Below, in pieces: positions 61,077 through 64,000 of a DNA stretch of 64,000 bases. This DNA is from an uncultured Candidatus Binatia bacterium (GTDB lineage Bacteria; Desulfobacterota; Binatia; UBA9968; JAJDTQ01): assembly GCA_965242525.1 (NCBI GenBank), contig OZ251459.1, forward strand, positions 288,001 through 352,000, given 5' to 3'. The notes under the pieces were generated by a model, which was given only the letters and a program-made list of their open reading frames with translations, ran no database searches and was not told the DNA's origin. A program made the translations under genes and the position numbers. The number at the start of each line of letters is the position of its first letter. Within the stretch, counting starts at the first letter, position 1.

Positions 61077-63164
61077 TCCGCCCGCCTCACCCTGCCATTG
61101 CTGCTTCTCGCGCTGTCCACGTTGTTCCTGTGCAACCTGGACAAGGGGCGCCTCTACCGTCCCGGCGGCCCTAGCTGGAGTACGGCGTGGAATATGGCGA
61201 TGGCCGAGAACCTGTCGCCCGAGCACCGTTTCCGGTTGTTCCTGGGGCGGCGCCAAGGATCGGGCGGCGTCTCCACCTACGAGATGTACAGCCGCTTTCC
61301 CGTGGGCGGTTACGCGCTCCTCAAACTCGCCATCCTCCCCTTCGGAAACGACCTCTCCGCCAAGATCCTCTCCGCCCGCATGCTCATGTTGCTGTTGTTC
61401 AGCGGTGCTGCGCTCCTGGCGTTCCACGCCCTCGCACGCATCACCTCCCGCCGCTGGGTCGCACTGGCCGCCACCCTCGCGGCCTTCTCCTCCTACTACA
61501 TGCTGTTCTACGCCAACGTGGTTTACAACGAGGGCAGCATGGACCTGTTCGCGGTGATGCTGGCCTTCCACGGCATGGTGGTGTTCGTGCAGGAGGGACG
61601 GTTCCGGCAGTTGCTGGCCAAGACCGGCGTGGCGCTGCTGCTGGGATGGCACGTGTACGCCTTCCTGCTTCCCTTCATCCTCCTGGGCCTGGCCCGGGAG
61701 GCCGTCCGGGCCTGGAAGCACGGAAATGCGCCCCGGCTGCGCTCCGCCGGGGCCGCGGTGCTGCGCAGCCGCTACACCGCCCTTGGCCTGGCCGCGCTGC
61801 TCTTCGGCGCGGCCCTCCTCGCCTTCAACTTCGCCAACGAGTACGCCGCCTTCGGAGGCGAGACCCCGGTGACCGAACTGCCGTCGTTCCAGTCCATGCT
61901 CCGGCGCACCGGACTGGATCGGGACTTCGCCCCGGCGGGGTGGTGGCCGGGCTTCCTGCGCCAGCAGTTCTTTCGCGTCTTCGTGGCCTCCGTTCCGTTC
62001 CTGCTCACCCACCGGGCAGTCGACCCGGCGGGATGGTTCCCTTCCCTCGGCCTTTCGGCCCCGGGCCTTTCGGGGTCGGAGTTGTCGGCATACATCCTGC
62101 TGTTGCTGATGGCTGTCGGAGCAGCCGCGGCCCTCGTTCGGCTTGCGAGGCCGCTGTTGGCAGGGCGGTACCGCATGCTGCTGGCCACCCTTGCCCTGTC
62201 GGGGTTTTGCTGGGCCCTGCTCATGCGCCACAACGTCGCAAACTACTCCCACGACCACGAGGCCCTTTACTACGTGGGTGTCCCGCTGGTGTCCTGCTCA
62301 CTGCTCCTGCTGTACGTCCACCAGCGCTGGGGGCGTGGTCCGGTAGTCGGCCTTGCGGTTGCGGCGCTGCTCGCCTTCGTGGTCTCCGCCTTCCAGATGG
62401 ATCGTTGGCAGCGCCCTGACGACCGGGCGGTCGAGCCGCAGCAGGCCGCCATGGCCGAAATCGGGGCCATCCGCGAAATCATTCGGGGAAAGGTGGTCAT
62501 GGTCCTCGGGTCCGTCGAGCCGGAATGGTACTGGCAGTTCAGCAAGCACCAGGAATGGAGGTACTACCTCGCCGGAAGCATCCTGTCATACCCCCTCCAC
62601 ACGGAAAGCGCCAGGAGGTACCATCGCGCCGGAAGCGCGTTGACGCACTTCCCGGACACGGAAGCCGCCGCCCGCGCCGCGGACTTCCTCATCACCCACG
62701 ACCGCGTGGAGAGCGACGCCCTGCTCACGCCCGGCAACCAACGAGTGTTCCTGTATGGTTCGGCCGGTATCGACGACCTCATGGAGTTCTACCGGGCCAC
62801 GTACCAACGGGTGGCGTCCGGAGAACCTGCGGCGCGCTCCCACTTCGACGTCTATCTCGATGAGGATGCGCTGTTCCACGTCAAGGAACCCTGCGTCCGG
62901 GAGGACGCGGGATTGACGGTCTTCGTGGAGGCGGTCCCGGAAGACCCGAAGGACCTGCCCGAAGGGCGCCGGCGGTACGGCTTCGAGCGGCTTCCCGTCT
63001 TCTTCCAGCACAGTGGAGTGCTGTTCGAGGGGAAGTGCATGGCGATTCTTCCACTTCCCGATTATCCCGTCTCCGGCATCAGGACGGGACAGCGGCCGTT
63101 CCGGCACCCCGGCTGGAAAGGGCACCGCGGCTGGGAAGCAGAGATACCGGTGGACCACCCATGA
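61068..63164 (+). CDS. uncharacterised polytopic membrane protein, GT-C/ArnT-like, paralog C
   Basis: MRGSARLTLPLLLLALSTLFL..AENLSP..SRFPVGGY; GAGGT SD; colinear with A and B. Confidence 0.65.
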   Translation: MRGSARLTLPLLLLALSTLFLCNLDKGRLYRPGGPSWSTAWNMAMAENLSPEHRFRLFLGRRQGSGGVSTYEMYSRFPVGGYALLKLAILPFGNDLSAKILSARMLMLLLFSGAALLAFHALARITSRRWVALAATLAAFSSYYMLFYANVVYNEGSMDLFAVMLAFHGMVVFVQEGRFRQLLAKTGVALLLGWHVYAFLLPFILLGLAREAVRAWKHGNAPRLRSAGAAVLRSRYTALGLAALLFGAALLAFNFANEYAAFGGETPVTELPSFQSMLRRTGLDRDFAPAGWWPGFLRQQFFRVFVASVPFLLTHRAVDPAGWFPSLGLSAPGLSGSELSAYILLLLMAVGAAAALVRLARPLLAGRYRMLLATLALSGFCWALLMRHNVANYSHDHEALYYVGVPLVSCSLLLLYVHQRWGRGPVVGLAVAALLAFVVSAFQMDRWQRPDDRAVEPQQAAMAEIGAIREIIRGKVVMVLGSVEPEWYWQFSKHQEWRYYLAGSILSYPLHTESARRYHRAGSALTHFPDTEAAARAADFLITHDRVESDALLTPGNQRVFLYGSAGIDDLMEFYRATYQRVASGEPAARSHFDVYLDEDALFHVKEPCVREDAGLTVFVEAVPEDPKDLPEGRRRYGFERLPVFFQHSGVLFEGKCMAILPLPDYPVSGIRTGQRPFRHPGWKGHRGWEAEIPVDHP

Positions 63165-64000
63165 AGCCTCCCGGTCTCCGTCCGGAACGCCTCACCCTGT
63201 GGTTGCTGCTGCTCGCACTGTCCACGTTGTTCCTGTGCAACGTGGACAAGGGGTACTTCTACCGTCCCGGCAGCCCCAACTGGAATACGGCGAAGAACCT
63301 GGCCATCGCCGAGAACCTGTCGCCCCACCACCGTTTCCGGTTGTCGCCGGGGCTGCGCCCGGGACCGGGCGGCGCCCCCGCCTACGAACTGTACAGCCGC
63401 TTTCCCGTGGGCGGTTACGCGCTCATCAAACTCGCCATCCTCCCCTTCGGGAACGACCTGTCCGCAAAAATCCTCGCCGCCCGAATGCTCATGTTGCTCT
63501 TGTTCAGCGGCGCCGCGCTCCTGGCCTTCCACTCCCTCGCCCGGATCACCTCCCGCCGATGGGTCGCATTGGCCGCCACCCTCACGGCGTTCTCCTCCTA
63601 CTACATGCTGTTGTACGGCAACGCGGTTTCGGTGGAGTACAGCGTGGACCTGTTCGCGGTCATGCTGGCCTTCCACGGCATGGTGGTGTTCGTGCAGGAG
63701 GGACGGTTCCGGCAGTTGCTGGCCAGGACCTGCGTTGCGCTGCTGCTGGGGTGGCGCGTGTACGCCTTCCTGCTTCCCTTCATCCTCCTGGGCCTGGGGA
63801 GCGAGGCGGTCCGGGCGTGGAAGGACGGGACTGCGGTGAGGCTGCGCTCCGCCGGGGCTGCGGTGCTGCGCAGCCGCTACACGGCCCTTGGCCTGGCCGC
63901 GCTGCTGTTCGGCGCGGCCGTCCTGGGCTTCAACTTCGCCAACGAGTACACCGCCTTCCGAGGCGAGACGCCGGTGACCGAACTGCCGTCGTTCCAGTCC
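63161..64000 (+). CDS. uncharacterised polytopic membrane protein, paralog D (runs off the window)
   Basis: ATGA overlap with C. Manual translation: MKPPGLRPERLTLWLLLLALSTLFLCNVDKGYFYRPGSPNWNTAKNLAIAENLSP..; open to 64000. Confidence 0.7.
   Translation, partial: MKPPGLRPERLTLWLLLLALSTLFLCNVDKGYFYRPGSPNWNTAKNLAIAENLSPHHRFRLSPGLRPGPGGAPAYELYSRFPVGGYALIKLAILPFGNDLSAKILAARMLMLLLFSGAALLAFHSLARITSRRWVALAATLTAFSSYYMLLYGNAVSVEYSVDLFAVMLAFHGMVVFVQEGRFRQLLARTCVALLLGWRVYAFLLPFILLGLGSEAVRAWKDGTAVRLRSAGAAVLRSRYTALGLAALLFGAAVLGFNFANEYTAFRGETPVTELPSFQS

Noticed and set aside
35455-64000. Diversity-generating retroelement behind paralog variation
   Set aside because: No reverse transcriptase or template repeat is present in the window, and the differences are spread over several loops with no evident restriction to adenines.

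Overview
GC-rich bacterial chromosome window. Gene order and the 16S suggest a deltaproteobacterial-grade organism, possibly Binatia (inference, no database search). 1-32.5 kb is mostly housekeeping: cca, an M16 peptidase pair, a sigma54 activator, chdC/hemQ, phoU-phoB-phoR, rng, HNH, smc-ftsY-zapB-zapA-ygfA-rny-tyrS, a complete rrn operon (16S-Ile-Ala-23S-5S), moeA and ispF. 48-61 kb holds an aa3-type cytochrome c oxidase operon and an AfuABC-like transporter with an inositol-monophosphatase-family gene. The most unusual content is at 32.5-48 kb and 60.9-64 kb. It includes four close paralogs of an uncharacterised ~700-aa polytopic GT-C-like membrane protein with conserved TM cores and hypervariable loops, plus a fifth distant GT-C gene. 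These are repeatedly linked to one intact and two decayed copies of a sulfotransferase, and to a PPDK/RPH-like phosphotransferase and a polysaccharide deacetylase. Together they look like an amplifying, diversifying surface-glycan decoration cassette (inference). A dispersed REP/MITE family, an unannotated 37-aa membrane ORF in the cox operon, candidate Pho and NrdR boxes, a probable CTG start and a promoter apparently evolved from a pseudogene were also seen. All calls rest on motif recognition and by-eye alignment only.
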